This document shows positions 63,350-64,000 of a stretch of DNA of 64,000 nucleotides, piece after piece. This DNA comes from Alphaproteobacteria bacterium (GTDB lineage Bacteria > Pseudomonadota > Alphaproteobacteria > SHVV01). Within the stretch, counting starts at the first letter, position 1, and each line of letters opens with the position of its first letter. The position numbers and the translations under genes were made by a program. The notes beneath the pieces are model-generated. The model was not told where the DNA came from. It worked only from the letters and a program-made list of their open reading frames with translations, and made no database searches. The stretch covers positions 832,001-896,000 of the forward strand of contig OZ253470.1 in NCBI GenBank assembly GCA_965261735.1, read 5' to 3'.

Positions 63350-64000
63350 CTTGCCTATCCGGTTAACGCCCATGACCGCTACATGTAGGGTGCCGCCACT
63401 CTCCCGAGTAAAGCTCGGCATAGGTTGGAGCAGAGGTGTCGCCCGCGATGCCGAGCAATGAGCGGAAGGCGTTGAACGGGTAGAACCGCCTGTTGAAGCG
63501 GAAGGTGAACTCGTTGAGGTAGGCTTGTAGGTGCTGGTGGCTAACGCCGTGGTGGATACCGATCAGCCACGTCTTCAGGTTGGCGAAAACCAGATGGATG
63601 ATCGGCAGGTATTGCTCGGCAACCTCTGGATCACCACACTCGGCAACAGCGAAGTGCTCATAGCCGCGCTTACCGAGGCCAGCATAGCCGCTCCAATCGT
63701 CAGTAACGATCAGCGATCGCGGCGCGACGGTGCTCTCGACGAACCCACAGAGCGACTCGGCGCTACGGTCGAGCACGACGGCGAGCCGAACGCGTCCGGC
63801 ATAGCGTCCGTCTTTCCGGTTGTCGAGCTTGGTGTCCGGCTTTCGATGACGCACCTCGATGGCACAGGAGACGGGAACCTTGTGATGAACACCACGGCCT
63901 TCCCCACGCGTTCGCCCGCCAACCCAGGTTTCGTCCACCTCAACATGGTTCTTGGGCTGTCCACCGATCCTGTCTTGGTTGGGCCGCACCATGCCCGAGC
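63350..64000 (-). mobile_element. IS1595-family element, copy 3 (partial, runs off the window)
   Basis: Right IR at 63350; transposase C-terminal half near-identical to the other copies. Confidence 0.93.

Overview
High-GC alphaproteobacterial (Rhodospirillales-like) chromosomal window showing clear genome erosion. The intact backbone includes mutS (partial), maeB, olsB, tupBCA, a LiuR-type beta-oxidation operon, TauE/TIGR02186/tusA/ccdA and phoR-pstSCAB-phoU-phoB. Insertion sequences are dense: ISKra4, IS3, three IS1595 copies plus a relic end, an IS630 with a nested IS256, and an IS630/IS5 chimera. About ten genes are pseudogenes, mostly signalling, secretion or surface genes. The window ends in the terminal part of a degenerate prophage bounded by a damaged tRNA-Leu-like att remnant. 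The most unusual items are a single-chain triple Rid (YjgF) protein lacking the catalytic Arg, a signal peptide-FlgI fragment-TPR fusion inside the lipid operon, an in-frame IS630-IS5 double-DDE transposase, a doubly inactivated LiuR-like regulator, and two candidate structured RNAs. All family calls come from motif recognition, not database searches.
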